Assembly: GCA_963977445.1 (NCBI GenBank) | Contig: CAXBPH010000098.1 | Coordinates: forward strand, 1-22,381 | DNA length: 22,381 nt | Source of the DNA: an uncultured bacterium | GTDB taxonomy: Bacteria; Hydrogenedentota; Hydrogenedentia; Hydrogenedentales; JAEUWI01 | Reading direction: 5' to 3' | Shown: piece after piece, positions 1 through 8,370 of the stretch | Position numbering within the stretch: position 1 is the first letter of the stretch | Layout of the letters: the number at the start of each line of letters is the position of its first letter | Program-made: the position numbers and the translations under genes | Notes under the pieces: generated by a model | What the model was told of the DNA's origin: nothing | Database searches by the model: none | What the model saw: the letters and a program-made list of their open reading frames with translations, nothing else

Positions 1-1821
1 TGCAAGGAACATCTGGGCGTAATGCCACGGGGCATGTGGCTCACCGAACGGGTCTGGGAACCCCATATGGCCCGTATTCTGGCCGAAGCCGGGGTGGAAT
101 ACGCTGCCCTCGACGATTCCCATTTCCTCTGCTCCGGGCCCCGTCCCGAAGACCTCTATGGATACTACATGACCGAAGAGGAAGGGGAAGCCATTAAAGT
201 CTTCCCTATTCAGGAGAAACTGCGCTATCTGGTCCCCTTTCATCCTGTGGAAGAGACCATTTCATACTTGCGAGATCTGGCCACCGAAGGGGGCGAGCGC
301 AGCGTGGTACTTCACGATGATGGCGAAAAATTCGGCGTTTGGCCCGGCACCTACAAGAGCGTTTTCGAAGATGGCTGGCTGGAAGAGTTTTTCACCGCCC
401 TCACCGAAAACCAGGATTGGATACACTGCGTTACCTACAGTCAATATATGGATGACCATCCGCCCTTGGGACGGACTTACATCACCTGCGCTTCCTACCA
501 GGAAATGATGGCCTGGGCGCTCCCCACCGAGCGGCAGCGGGAACTTCGGGCCGCCCGAGATGCCCTTGCCCACCAGCCCGAGTTGGAAGCCCAGTGTGGC
601 CCCTTCTTGCGGGGTGGTTTCTGGCGCAATTTCCTGGCCAAGTACCCCGAATCAAATACGATGCAGAAGCGTATGCTGCAGGTGAGTAAGCGTCTTGAGC
701 GTCTTCGGGAGCACGCGGGCACCCCGGCCTATGAAGAAGCACGCCAGTATCTGCACCGGGGTCAATGCAATTGCGCCTACTGGCACGGCCAATTTGGTGG
801 GCTCTACCTGAATCACCTACGCACAGCTATCTTCGAGCAACTCATTCGCGCCGATATCGCCTTGGATACCCTGGATGCAACCCATACGCCCCTTCGCCTA
901 GAAGCCGTAGATTTTGACGGTGACGGGCAAGACGAGCTCCTCATGAGCAACGACACCCTTGGCATCATCGTATCGCCCCATGACGGTGGCACGGTTGTCG
1001 AACTGGATTATAAGCCGGGCGCATTCAACCTCATCAACACACTGGCCCGGCGGGAAGAACCCTACCACGACAATCTCCCGGAGCAAGCCCCTGAGAATAG
1101 TGCCGGAGATGAGGGTGCCCACAGTATCCATGAGCCGTTTCAGGCCAAAGAAGCAGGTCTCCACGCCTTACTTTTTCAGGACCACTGGCGCCGCGCGAGT
1201 CTCCGCGACCATTTCCTGGCCATGGACACCGAGGTAGACGATCTTTACCGAAATCAAGCCCATGAACTGGCGGATCTTCCACGATCCACCTATGTGGGCA
1301 GCCTTACGAAACACGGCATTCTCCTGACCACGGAGGTGCCTCTCGAAAATGGCGCGGGAGCCATCTTGCAGGTACGTAAGGAGATTTCATTTACCAGCGA
1401 TGATTCCGGGCTCGAAATAACGTATGATATCTCTTGTAACAGCGCAGCGCCCTTTTCCGGCCTGTTCTGCCCCGAGTTTGGTATCAACTTCCTTACCGAA
1501 AGTGCCCCGGATCGATATTTTCATTCAGACGATCAGGATTTGGAACGGCCTATGCTCAATAGCCATGGCCGACTCGAAACGGTTGGTCACCTCGCCCTTC
1601 GGGACGAATGGCAAAATCTGGAGAGCGGATTTCGCTTAGAACAAGGGAATGGTTTTTTCTTTTTCCCATTGGAAACTATCAGCCAGTCGGAATGTGGTCA
1701 GGAACGTGTCCATCAAGGCAGTATGGTCTACCCCTGTTGGGCGTTAACGCTCTCTGGAGGCGAGACTGTTTCACGGAAATTAACTTGGTATGTGCGGCGA
1801 TTGAACGCCGTGCATGAGTGA
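1..1821 (+). CDS. GH57 family alpha-amylase / 4-alpha-glucanotransferase (DUF1925/DUF1926-type C-terminus), 5'-truncated by the window edge
   Basis: The frame is open from base 1 (CKEHLGV-MPRGMW...). GH57 motifs: GMWLTERVW (nucleophile Glu region), HDDGEKFG (acid/base Asp), ASYQEM, GFWRNFLAKYPESN, QCNCAYWHGxFGGLY. A DFDGDGQDE loop opens the C-terminal beta-sandwich. Stop TGA 1819-1821. Confidence 0.92.
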   Translation, partial: CKEHLGVMPRGMWLTERVWEPHMARILAEAGVEYAALDDSHFLCSGPRPEDLYGYYMTEEEGEAIKVFPIQEKLRYLVPFHPVEETISYLRDLATEGGERSVVLHDDGEKFGVWPGTYKSVFEDGWLEEFFTALTENQDWIHCVTYSQYMDDHPPLGRTYITCASYQEMMAWALPTERQRELRAARDALAHQPELEAQCGPFLRGGFWRNFLAKYPESNTMQKRMLQVSKRLERLREHAGTPAYEEARQYLHRGQCNCAYWHGQFGGLYLNHLRTAIFEQLIRADIALDTLDATHTPLRLEAVDFDGDGQDELLMSNDTLGIIVSPHDGGTVVELDYKPGAFNLINTLARREEPYHDNLPEQAPENSAGDEGAHSIHEPFQAKEAGLHALLFQDHWRRASLRDHFLAMDTEVDDLYRNQAHELADLPRSTYVGSLTKHGILLTTEVPLENGAGAILQVRKEISFTSDDSGLEITYDISCNSAAPFSGLFCPEFGINFLTESAPDRYFHSDDQDLERPMLNSHGRLETVGHLALRDEWQNLESGFRLEQGNGFFFFPLETISQSECGQERVHQGSMVYPCWALTLSGGETVSRKLTWYVRRLNAVHE

Positions 1822-1846
1822 GAGAGAAAAGGGATCTAACGTCATT

Positions 1847-2119
1847 ATGCAGGAACGAACAGAAGAAGTCCGGGTCGTCAATAAATTGGGTATACATGCC
1901 CGACCTGCGGCTGCACTGGTCCAGTGTGTGCTTAATTTTGAATGCGAAGTTTTTTTGTTGTTTAACGGAAGCCGGGTAAATGCGAAGAGCATCATGGGCC
2001 TATTGACACTGGCGGCGACCCAGGGTAGCCGAATCACGGTGACCTGCAAGGGCAGCGATGCAGACGCAGCAATAACCGCGATCAAAGAAATCTTCGCGGC
2101 CGGATTTGGAGAAAGCTAG
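1847..2119 (+). CDS. ptsH: Phosphocarrier protein HPr
   Basis: VNKLGIHARPAA (His15 motif) and VNAKSIMGLLTL (Ser46 motif). ATG 1847 gives a typical 90-aa HPr; the alternative ATG 1814 overlaps the GH57 stop. Confidence 0.95.
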   Translation: MQERTEEVRVVNKLGIHARPAAALVQCVLNFECEVFLLFNGSRVNAKSIMGLLTLAATQGSRITVTCKGSDADAAITAIKEIFAAGFGES

Positions 2120-3913
2120 GTGGAGTGCACCCTACGTGGCATAGGTGTATCACCCGGCATCGCCATCGGGCACGCCGTACTCTTCGGTAATGACCGTTAT
2201 GAGGTTCCGAAGTACAAGGTTGCCAATGCGGCACGGGAGCTGAAGCGCTTTGCCCGGGCACTCGATAAAACCCGGGACTACCTGAAGGATCTCCACCGGA
2301 AAGCCGAAGAAAAACTAGGTAGTGGTCACGCCGATATCTTCAAGGCCCACCTGCTCATTCTGGATGACGCCACCTTGCTGGAACAGGTGCAGCAGCGCAT
2401 TGAAAACGAACAGCTCAATGTAGAGCACATTCTGGACGAATTAAGTCAGTACTATACCAATCTGCTGAGCGCTATCGACGACACCCTGTTTCAGGCCCGA
2501 ACGGCCGATTTACTTGACGTGATGGATCGGCTGCAGCGCAATCTGCTCGATGCGGAGCGCGCCCATCCTCATGACATCCAGGATCCGGGTATTGTTCTGG
2601 CACACGATCTCTCTCCTTCGGATACGGTCATGATGGACCGCACCAAAGTGTTGGGTCTCGCGCTGGATTCCGGAAGCCCCACGTCCCACACGGCCATCCT
2701 GGCCCGGGCGCTGGAGATTCCTGCGGTGATGGGCCTGCGCCACATGGCGAGCAACCTGACCAACGAAACACTGGTAATTATCGATGGGCACGAGGGGTTG
2801 TTCATCTCAAATCCTTCGTCGGAGACGTTAGCGTCTTACGTAGAAAAGCAGACCAAGCTTGAGGAAACCCGCACGGCCCTGCGTAGTATCATGTTGCGGG
2901 GTGGGTCGGTCACCCGCGATGGTGTGGCCATACCCACCATGGCCAACGTGGAATTGCCTTTCGAGCTGGTACCCGAGCTACGGGACAGCGCCGAAGGCGT
3001 AGGGCTATTTCGTACCGAGTACCTGTTCCTCAACCGAAACACCCTCCCATCGGAAGAAGAACAGTATCTGGCCTACCTGCACGCCGCAGAGACGATGCAC
3101 CCCCACCCGGTCACCTTGCGCACCATGGATATAGGTGGCGACAAGTTTGTGTCTCACCTGCAGATTTCCAAGGAAGAGAACCCCCAGCTCGGCTGGCGTG
3201 CGGTGCGCTTCTGTCTCGAACGAAGAGACATATTCAAACCACAATTGCGTGCCATGCTTCGGGCCTCGACCGTGGGCAATATACAAATCATGTTTCCCAT
3301 GATCAGTGGTGTGGAAGAGCTCCGACAGGTCAAGGAAGTCGTTGAAGAAGTCAAAGAAGAGCTGCGCGCCGAGGGCATCGCCTTCAATCCGGACATGAAA
3401 ATTGGCTCCATGATTGAAGTGCCATCGGCGGTCACCTTGACCGACATACTCTCACGGGAAACCGATTTCTTCAGCATTGGTACCAACGATCTTATTCAAT
3501 ACTCTCTGGCCGTTGACCGGGTCAATGAAAAGATTGCCCATCTTTATGAGCCGGCCCACCCAGCGGTGCTCCGCATGATAAAGTGGACCTGCAACGCAGC
3601 ATGGGCAAGCGGAATCCCCTGTGGTCTCTGTGGCGAAATGGCCGGGGATCCCCTGTACACCGAGGTCCTGATTGGTCTGGGGGTCACATCGCTGAGCATG
3701 TCGGCCGTTTCTCTTCCCCTCGTCCGGGCGGAAATTGCCGAGATAGACTTTGCCGAAGCCCAGGAGCTTGCCGCACGTTTGTTGAAGATGGCCACTGCAG
3801 CGGAGATTAAGGCGTTAATACGAGAGCGCTATGAAAAGCGCCGCTCGGCGGAAGCCTTTATTTCCCTGGCCTCACACAGAGCGCCTGATGCCCCCACTCC
3901 GTTGGAGCTATAA
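2120..3913 (+). CDS. ptsI: PEP-protein phosphotransferase, PTS enzyme I (no N-terminal GAF domain)
   Basis: GIGVSPGIAIG start, TSHTAILAR (phospho-His), GVGLFRTEYLF, RTMDIGGDK, EENPQLGWRAVR, MIEVPSA, FSIGTNDLIQY, CGEMAGD. The GTG start directly abuts the ptsH TAG. Confidence 0.96.
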   Translation: MECTLRGIGVSPGIAIGHAVLFGNDRYEVPKYKVANAARELKRFARALDKTRDYLKDLHRKAEEKLGSGHADIFKAHLLILDDATLLEQVQQRIENEQLNVEHILDELSQYYTNLLSAIDDTLFQARTADLLDVMDRLQRNLLDAERAHPHDIQDPGIVLAHDLSPSDTVMMDRTKVLGLALDSGSPTSHTAILARALEIPAVMGLRHMASNLTNETLVIIDGHEGLFISNPSSETLASYVEKQTKLEETRTALRSIMLRGGSVTRDGVAIPTMANVELPFELVPELRDSAEGVGLFRTEYLFLNRNTLPSEEEQYLAYLHAAETMHPHPVTLRTMDIGGDKFVSHLQISKEENPQLGWRAVRFCLERRDIFKPQLRAMLRASTVGNIQIMFPMISGVEELRQVKEVVEEVKEELRAEGIAFNPDMKIGSMIEVPSAVTLTDILSRETDFFSIGTNDLIQYSLAVDRVNEKIAHLYEPAHPAVLRMIKWTCNAAWASGIPCGLCGEMAGDPLYTEVLIGLGVTSLSMSAVSLPLVRAEIAEIDFAEAQELAARLLKMATAAEIKALIRERYEKRRSAEAFISLASHRAPDAPTPLEL

Positions 3914-3915
3914 AC

Positions 3916-5076
3916 TTGAAAAAACAACGTATTTGCATACTCGGCGCGACGGGTTCCATCGGTCGAAGCGCCTTGGATGTCGTCCGTCATTATCCAGAGC
4001 GCTTTGAGGTCGTCGGCCTCGCTGCCCACCGGAACGTCGAGCTCCTCGCCGAGCAAATTGAAGAGTTCTCTCCCGAGTATGTTGCCGTCTCCGATGCTGA
4101 GGCATTGAAAGAGCTGCGCAACCGCAATCTTAATACCACCGTCATCGATGACAACACGCCTCTCGAAACCCTCGCCCGCATACCGGTGGACACCGTCCTC
4201 TGTGCCATTGTGGGCGCCGTAGGCCTGTCTCCCCTGTTGGCCGCCATTGATGCTGGCAATCGGGTGGCGGTCGCCAACAAAGAGCCCTTTGTCATGGCAG
4301 GCAAGCTCGTCATGGAACGGGCTCGGGCACGGGGTGTTGAGGTGCTGCCCGTGGACAGCGAACATAGCGCCATCTTCCAATGTGTCCATGGCCACGCCCA
4401 GCGGGATGTCGCGTGTATTCACCTGACGGCCTCCGGGGGTCCCTTCTACCAACGGGAGCGGAGCACCCTGGCGGAGGTGAAGCCCGAAGAAGCCACGAAA
4501 CACCCCACCTGGGATATGGGTGCCAAAATCAGTGTGGACTCGGCCACGCTCATGAACAAGGGTCTGGAAATTGTGGAGGCCATGTGGCTCTTTGACCTGC
4601 CCATCGAGCAAATCGATGTGGTGATCCACCCCCAGAGCATTATTCATAGTTTGGTGGAGTTTAAGGATGGTAATATCCTCGCCCATCTGGGCGTGACCGA
4701 CATGAAATTCCCCATTCTATTCGCACTCACCTACCCGGAACGGGTAGAATTACCTATGAAGCGTCTGGACCTTACCACCATGAAGGCGCTCACCTTTGAT
4801 GCCCCGGATTTCAGCGCCTTTCCCTGCCTGGCACTCGCACGACAGGCAGCGGCCACAGGTGGCACGGCGCCGGCGATTCTGAATGCAGCAAATGAAGAGG
4901 CCGTATTCGCGTTCTGCAACCATCAGCTGGGTTTTCTTCAAATCAGCGATGTGGTAGACTCGGTTTGCGGTAGCAGTGTAATCACACCAGACTATTCCCT
5001 CGAGGCTATCCTGGAGGCGGATCGTGGTGCGCGGGCGGCGGCCCGAGAGGCAATTGCCTCTTGCGCAATTCGCTAG
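3916..5076 (+). CDS. dxr: 1-deoxy-D-xylulose 5-phosphate reductoisomerase
   Basis: ILGATGSIG (NADPH binding), ANKE, LPVDSEHSAIFQ, LTASGGPF, HPTWDMGAKISVDSATLMNKGLE, HPQSIIHS, NAANEEAV. TTG start 2 nt after the ptsI stop. Confidence 0.97.
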   Translation: MKKQRICILGATGSIGRSALDVVRHYPERFEVVGLAAHRNVELLAEQIEEFSPEYVAVSDAEALKELRNRNLNTTVIDDNTPLETLARIPVDTVLCAIVGAVGLSPLLAAIDAGNRVAVANKEPFVMAGKLVMERARARGVEVLPVDSEHSAIFQCVHGHAQRDVACIHLTASGGPFYQRERSTLAEVKPEEATKHPTWDMGAKISVDSATLMNKGLEIVEAMWLFDLPIEQIDVVIHPQSIIHSLVEFKDGNILAHLGVTDMKFPILFALTYPERVELPMKRLDLTTMKALTFDAPDFSAFPCLALARQAAATGGTAPAILNAANEEAVFAFCNHQLGFLQISDVVDSVCGSSVITPDYSLEAILEADRGARAAAREAIASCAIR

Positions 5077-5177
5077 CCACCACAGGGCTGGTCACAAACA
5101 ACCTATGGTCTATCCCTCTGGGATGATCTCGCAGTCCGGGCGGGACTCAAACAGTTAAGACTCGGACAGGAGTTTTC

Positions 5178-6878
5178 ATGTTTATCACAAATATTGTTAT
5201 CTTTCTATTGGTATTGAGTTTTCTCGTATTCTTTCACGAGTTGGGTCACTTTCTTGCCGCAAAAGCCTGCGGAATCTACGTAGACCGCTTCAGCATCGGC
5301 ATGCCCCCCCGCGTCGTCGGATTCAAGTGGGGAGAAACGGACTATTGTCTGGGGGCCTTACCCATCGGCGGCTTTGTGAAAATGGCGGGCCAGGAAGACG
5401 CCCCGCTCAGCGAAGAAGAGCGCGCCAAAGAATACACGGGCATCCCCCCGGAACGGTGGTTCAACAACAAACCCGTGTGGCAACGCATAATCGTCATCCT
5501 CGCAGGTCCCGTGGCGAATCTCATCCTTGCCGTGCTGCTCTATGGACTTCTCGCCGTTATTGGTAAGGAAGTGGCTGAATCGGAGCTTTCCGCACGCATT
5601 GGCCTGGTAGCAGAAGACTCCCCCGCAGCAACAGCCCCCCTCTTTACGATCGACGCCCCCGGTGCGCCCGTAGATTTTACGAGTACTCCAGACGCCGTTG
5701 GCTTTAAGACGGGCGACTTGATTACGACCATGGACGGTGCCCATATAGAGAATATCGAGGCGTTTATCATCAAAGCGATCATCGGTGGCGAAGGCAAAGC
5801 CCATCGAATTGAAATCGAACGCCCTCAGGAAGATGGGTCCGCGACCAAGTTTGCCTGTACTCTGACGCCCGAAATTTTGGACGGTGAAGAGCGGCCACGC
5901 TTTGGCATTCTGCCCTTCTCGTCCGTCCTCGTTGGTGAAGTCATTCCCGACACGCCGGCTGAAAAGGCAGGACTCAAGGCGAACGACGTCGTCTTGCGTG
6001 CCAATGGGGAGATCACGAGCCGGGAGGCCTTCATCGCCCTGGGACAGGATCTCCCCGAAGGTGAATCTATCGATCTTCAGGTGGAGCGGGACGGGGAACG
6101 TTTCCCATTGACCATCGTCCCGGAAACAACCGGGCGATTTCGTTCCTTCCAGTTGGCCGCCTCCGACCAGACCAATGAAGCTGGCGAGCCGCTCGCAATG
6201 ATTTATCGGGTGGACCCCGATTTTAAGGAAGAGACGAAACTCCAGCGTAAAGACGTTATTACCGCCATCAACGGCAAAGAAGTTTCCCTCGAAGAAGCGG
6301 TCGAACTGATTAAGGAAAGTCCAAACGAGACCCTTAACCTGACCGTAGCTCGCCCAGCGATTTTTCTGGGGCTTGCTCAGCGCGCCAGCACGGAAAACTT
6401 TGACCTCACGGTGCACGGCGTTCGCACGATTGGGATTGCCATCCGCGAAAAGATGATTCACCACAAGGTACCTCGGAATGAGATCGTGTCGGAGGCCTTC
6501 CGTCAGAGCTGGAACGCCTTCACGACCACCATTGACACCCTGAAGGCCCTCGTCACGAATAAAGTGAGCCCGAAGGATCTGGGTGGTCCCGTCATGATCT
6601 TCCAGATGACAGCCCATTTCGCCCAGCGTGGTTTCGGTTGGCTGGTCGGCATTACCGCCTTTATCAGCATCAACCTTGCGGTGTTTAACCTTCTACCCCT
6701 TCCGGTACTAGACGGGGGCCTGCTGGTTATCAACAGCATCGAAGGCATCCGTCGTAAGCCTCTGAATCCCGTCTTTCTCGAAAAATTTAAAATGGTGGGT
6801 CTGTTCTTTATCATCGGACTCATGCTCTTCGTCACCTGGAATGATGTCGGCCGGGTCGTTCGGAGTGTGCTTCCCTGA
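5178..6878 (+). CDS. rseP: RseP-like intramembrane zinc metalloprotease (M50B) with PDZ domains
   Basis: HELGH zinc motif in TM1, FSIG, LPIGGFVKM, AGPVAN, PDZ repeats, NLAVFNLLPLPVLDGG. AGGAG SD just upstream; classical position downstream of dxr. Confidence 0.95.
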   Translation: MFITNIVIFLLVLSFLVFFHELGHFLAAKACGIYVDRFSIGMPPRVVGFKWGETDYCLGALPIGGFVKMAGQEDAPLSEEERAKEYTGIPPERWFNNKPVWQRIIVILAGPVANLILAVLLYGLLAVIGKEVAESELSARIGLVAEDSPAATAPLFTIDAPGAPVDFTSTPDAVGFKTGDLITTMDGAHIENIEAFIIKAIIGGEGKAHRIEIERPQEDGSATKFACTLTPEILDGEERPRFGILPFSSVLVGEVIPDTPAEKAGLKANDVVLRANGEITSREAFIALGQDLPEGESIDLQVERDGERFPLTIVPETTGRFRSFQLAASDQTNEAGEPLAMIYRVDPDFKEETKLQRKDVITAINGKEVSLEEAVELIKESPNETLNLTVARPAIFLGLAQRASTENFDLTVHGVRTIGIAIREKMIHHKVPRNEIVSEAFRQSWNAFTTTIDTLKALVTNKVSPKDLGGPVMIFQMTAHFAQRGFGWLVGITAFISINLAVFNLLPLPVLDGGLLVINSIEGIRRKPLNPVFLEKFKMVGLFFIIGLMLFVTWNDVGRVVRSVLP

Positions 6879-6922
6879 GTTCGCTTTCTCGCCACCCGTT
6901 GTTCACCATTGCCCAACGCGCC

Positions 6923-6951
6923 CTGCCGCAGTAAAACATTCACTGCGGCGG
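6923..6951 (+). other. Inverted repeat / stem-loop between rseP and lysC (possible terminator or mRNA-processing hairpin)
   Basis: CTGCCGCAGT (6923-6932) pairs with ACTGCGGCGG (6942-6951): 10 bp including one G-U, 9-nt loop. No U-tract follows. Confidence 0.4.
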
Positions 6952-7052
6952 TCTGCCTGACGTAATGTAAACGCCCCTGTGGTCTACTGTGCTGCAGGAT
7001 TCGACCCGACCCCATCGTCGGTAGTTCATTTTTTCTTGGAGTCAATCGTACC

Positions 7053-8363
7053 GTGCACAAAGTTACCTGTAAATTTGGTGGCACCTCTCTCGCAGACGCC
7101 GCCAATATTCGTATCATGCAATCCATCGTTCTGGAAGACCCGGCCCGTCGTTTCGTGGTCCCCTCTGCCCCAGGCAAACGCTTTGATACGGATCGCAAGG
7201 TTACCGACTTACTCTACGCGTGGCACAGTATCGCCTCTCAGGGACTTGATGCCTCCGAGCCCAAGCGCATCATCCAGGAACGCTTCGATGAACTTGCCCG
7301 GGAATTGAAGGTAGACTTCGACGTCACGCCCCACCTTGCTGAGATTGAAGCCCATCTGGACAAAGAGGATGCCCTCGACTATATGGCATCCCGGGGCGAA
7401 TACCTCAACGGGCGCCTGATTGCAACCTTGCTCGACGCGGAATTTGTTGATCCTGCTGACCACATCAAATTTACGCAGAGCGGTGATTTCGACGAGGCCA
7501 CCTATACCTCGTTGGGCGAGCGCCTTCAAGGCGACAGCCTTTACGTGATACCTGGATTCTATGGTGCCCAACCCAATGGCAACATTAAGACCTTTTCCCG
7601 GGGCGGTAGCGATGTTACGGGTGCCATTGTCGCCCGCGCCACCAACTCCGTGCTCTATGAAAACTGGACCGACGTACCGGGATTCCTGATGGCCGATCCG
7701 CGGATTGTAGAAAATCCACGGCGTATCGCGGAAGTTACCTACCAGGAATTGCGGGAGCTCTCCTATATGGGTGCTACCGTTCTTCATGATGAGGCCATCT
7801 ACCCGGTCCGGGAACCCGGAATCCCCATTCAGATTCGCAGCACCCGTGTTCGCGATAATCCTGGAACACGGATAGTCACGTCCCGCAAGACGAATCATCC
7901 CCTCTGTGGCATTGCTGGCCGCAAGGGATTCAGCATGCTCAACATTGAAAAAACGTTGATGAACCACGAACGTGGTTTCGGACGTAAGGTCTTGTCGGCG
8001 GTTGAAGAACTTGGCATTGGCTGGGAACACATGCCCACGGGCATTGATACCATATCCCTAATCTTTAAAGACGAAGAACTTGGAACACAGGGTGATAAGC
8101 TGATTGACGCCGTGCAACAACGTTGCCGGCCTGATAGTATCGGGTTGGTTTCCGGCCTGGCAATGATTGCTACCGTCGGACTGGGAATGAATCACCATGT
8201 CGGTGTCGCAGCTCGCTTGTTTACGGCGCTTTCAGAAGCGAAGGTAAACATTCGCGTCATCGATCAGGGTTCATCGGAAATGAATATCATCGTCGGGGTG
8301 GAAGAAGAAGCATTGAGTCGTTCTGTAAACGCTATCTATCGCGCTTTTGAAACCTGGGAATAA
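7053..8363 (+). CDS. lysC: Monofunctional aspartate kinase with two C-terminal ACT domains
   Basis: KFGGTSLAD, VPSAPGKR, SRGEYLN, FSRGGSDVTG, WTDVPGFLMADPRIV, ELSYMGATVLH, ACT region (GFGRKVL; IATVGLGM...GVAARLF; QGSSEMNI). GTG start with GGAG upstream. Confidence 0.93.
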   Translation: MHKVTCKFGGTSLADAANIRIMQSIVLEDPARRFVVPSAPGKRFDTDRKVTDLLYAWHSIASQGLDASEPKRIIQERFDELARELKVDFDVTPHLAEIEAHLDKEDALDYMASRGEYLNGRLIATLLDAEFVDPADHIKFTQSGDFDEATYTSLGERLQGDSLYVIPGFYGAQPNGNIKTFSRGGSDVTGAIVARATNSVLYENWTDVPGFLMADPRIVENPRRIAEVTYQELRELSYMGATVLHDEAIYPVREPGIPIQIRSTRVRDNPGTRIVTSRKTNHPLCGIAGRKGFSMLNIEKTLMNHERGFGRKVLSAVEELGIGWEHMPTGIDTISLIFKDEELGTQGDKLIDAVQQRCRPDSIGLVSGLAMIATVGLGMNHHVGVAARLFTALSEAKVNIRVIDQGSSEMNIIVGVEEEALSRSVNAIYRAFETWE

Positions 8364-8370
8364 ACCTACT

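Noticed and set aside
2120..3913. PtsP (EI-Ntr) or PEP synthase/PPDK
   Set aside because: No GAF or nucleotide-binding N-terminal domain; the size and adjacency to HPr fit PtsI.
5077..5177. Small inverted repeats in the dxr-rseP gap (ATCCC/GGGAT, AGTCC/GGACT)
   Set aside because: 5-bp stems are expected by chance; no U-tract or known motif.
5358..6617. 419-aa minus-strand ORF
   Set aside because: Antisense shadow lying wholly inside rseP; no motifs.
6994..7007. GCAGGATTCGACCC, resembling the reverse complement of a tRNA T-arm
   Set aside because: The minus strand reads GGGTCGAATCCTGC (not GGTTCGA), the T-stem does not pair, and no cloverleaf can be built.
6879..7052. Lysine riboswitch upstream of lysC
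   Set aside because: The length is suggestive, but I could not find the conserved AGAGGUGC-like P1/P2 start or the five-way junction.
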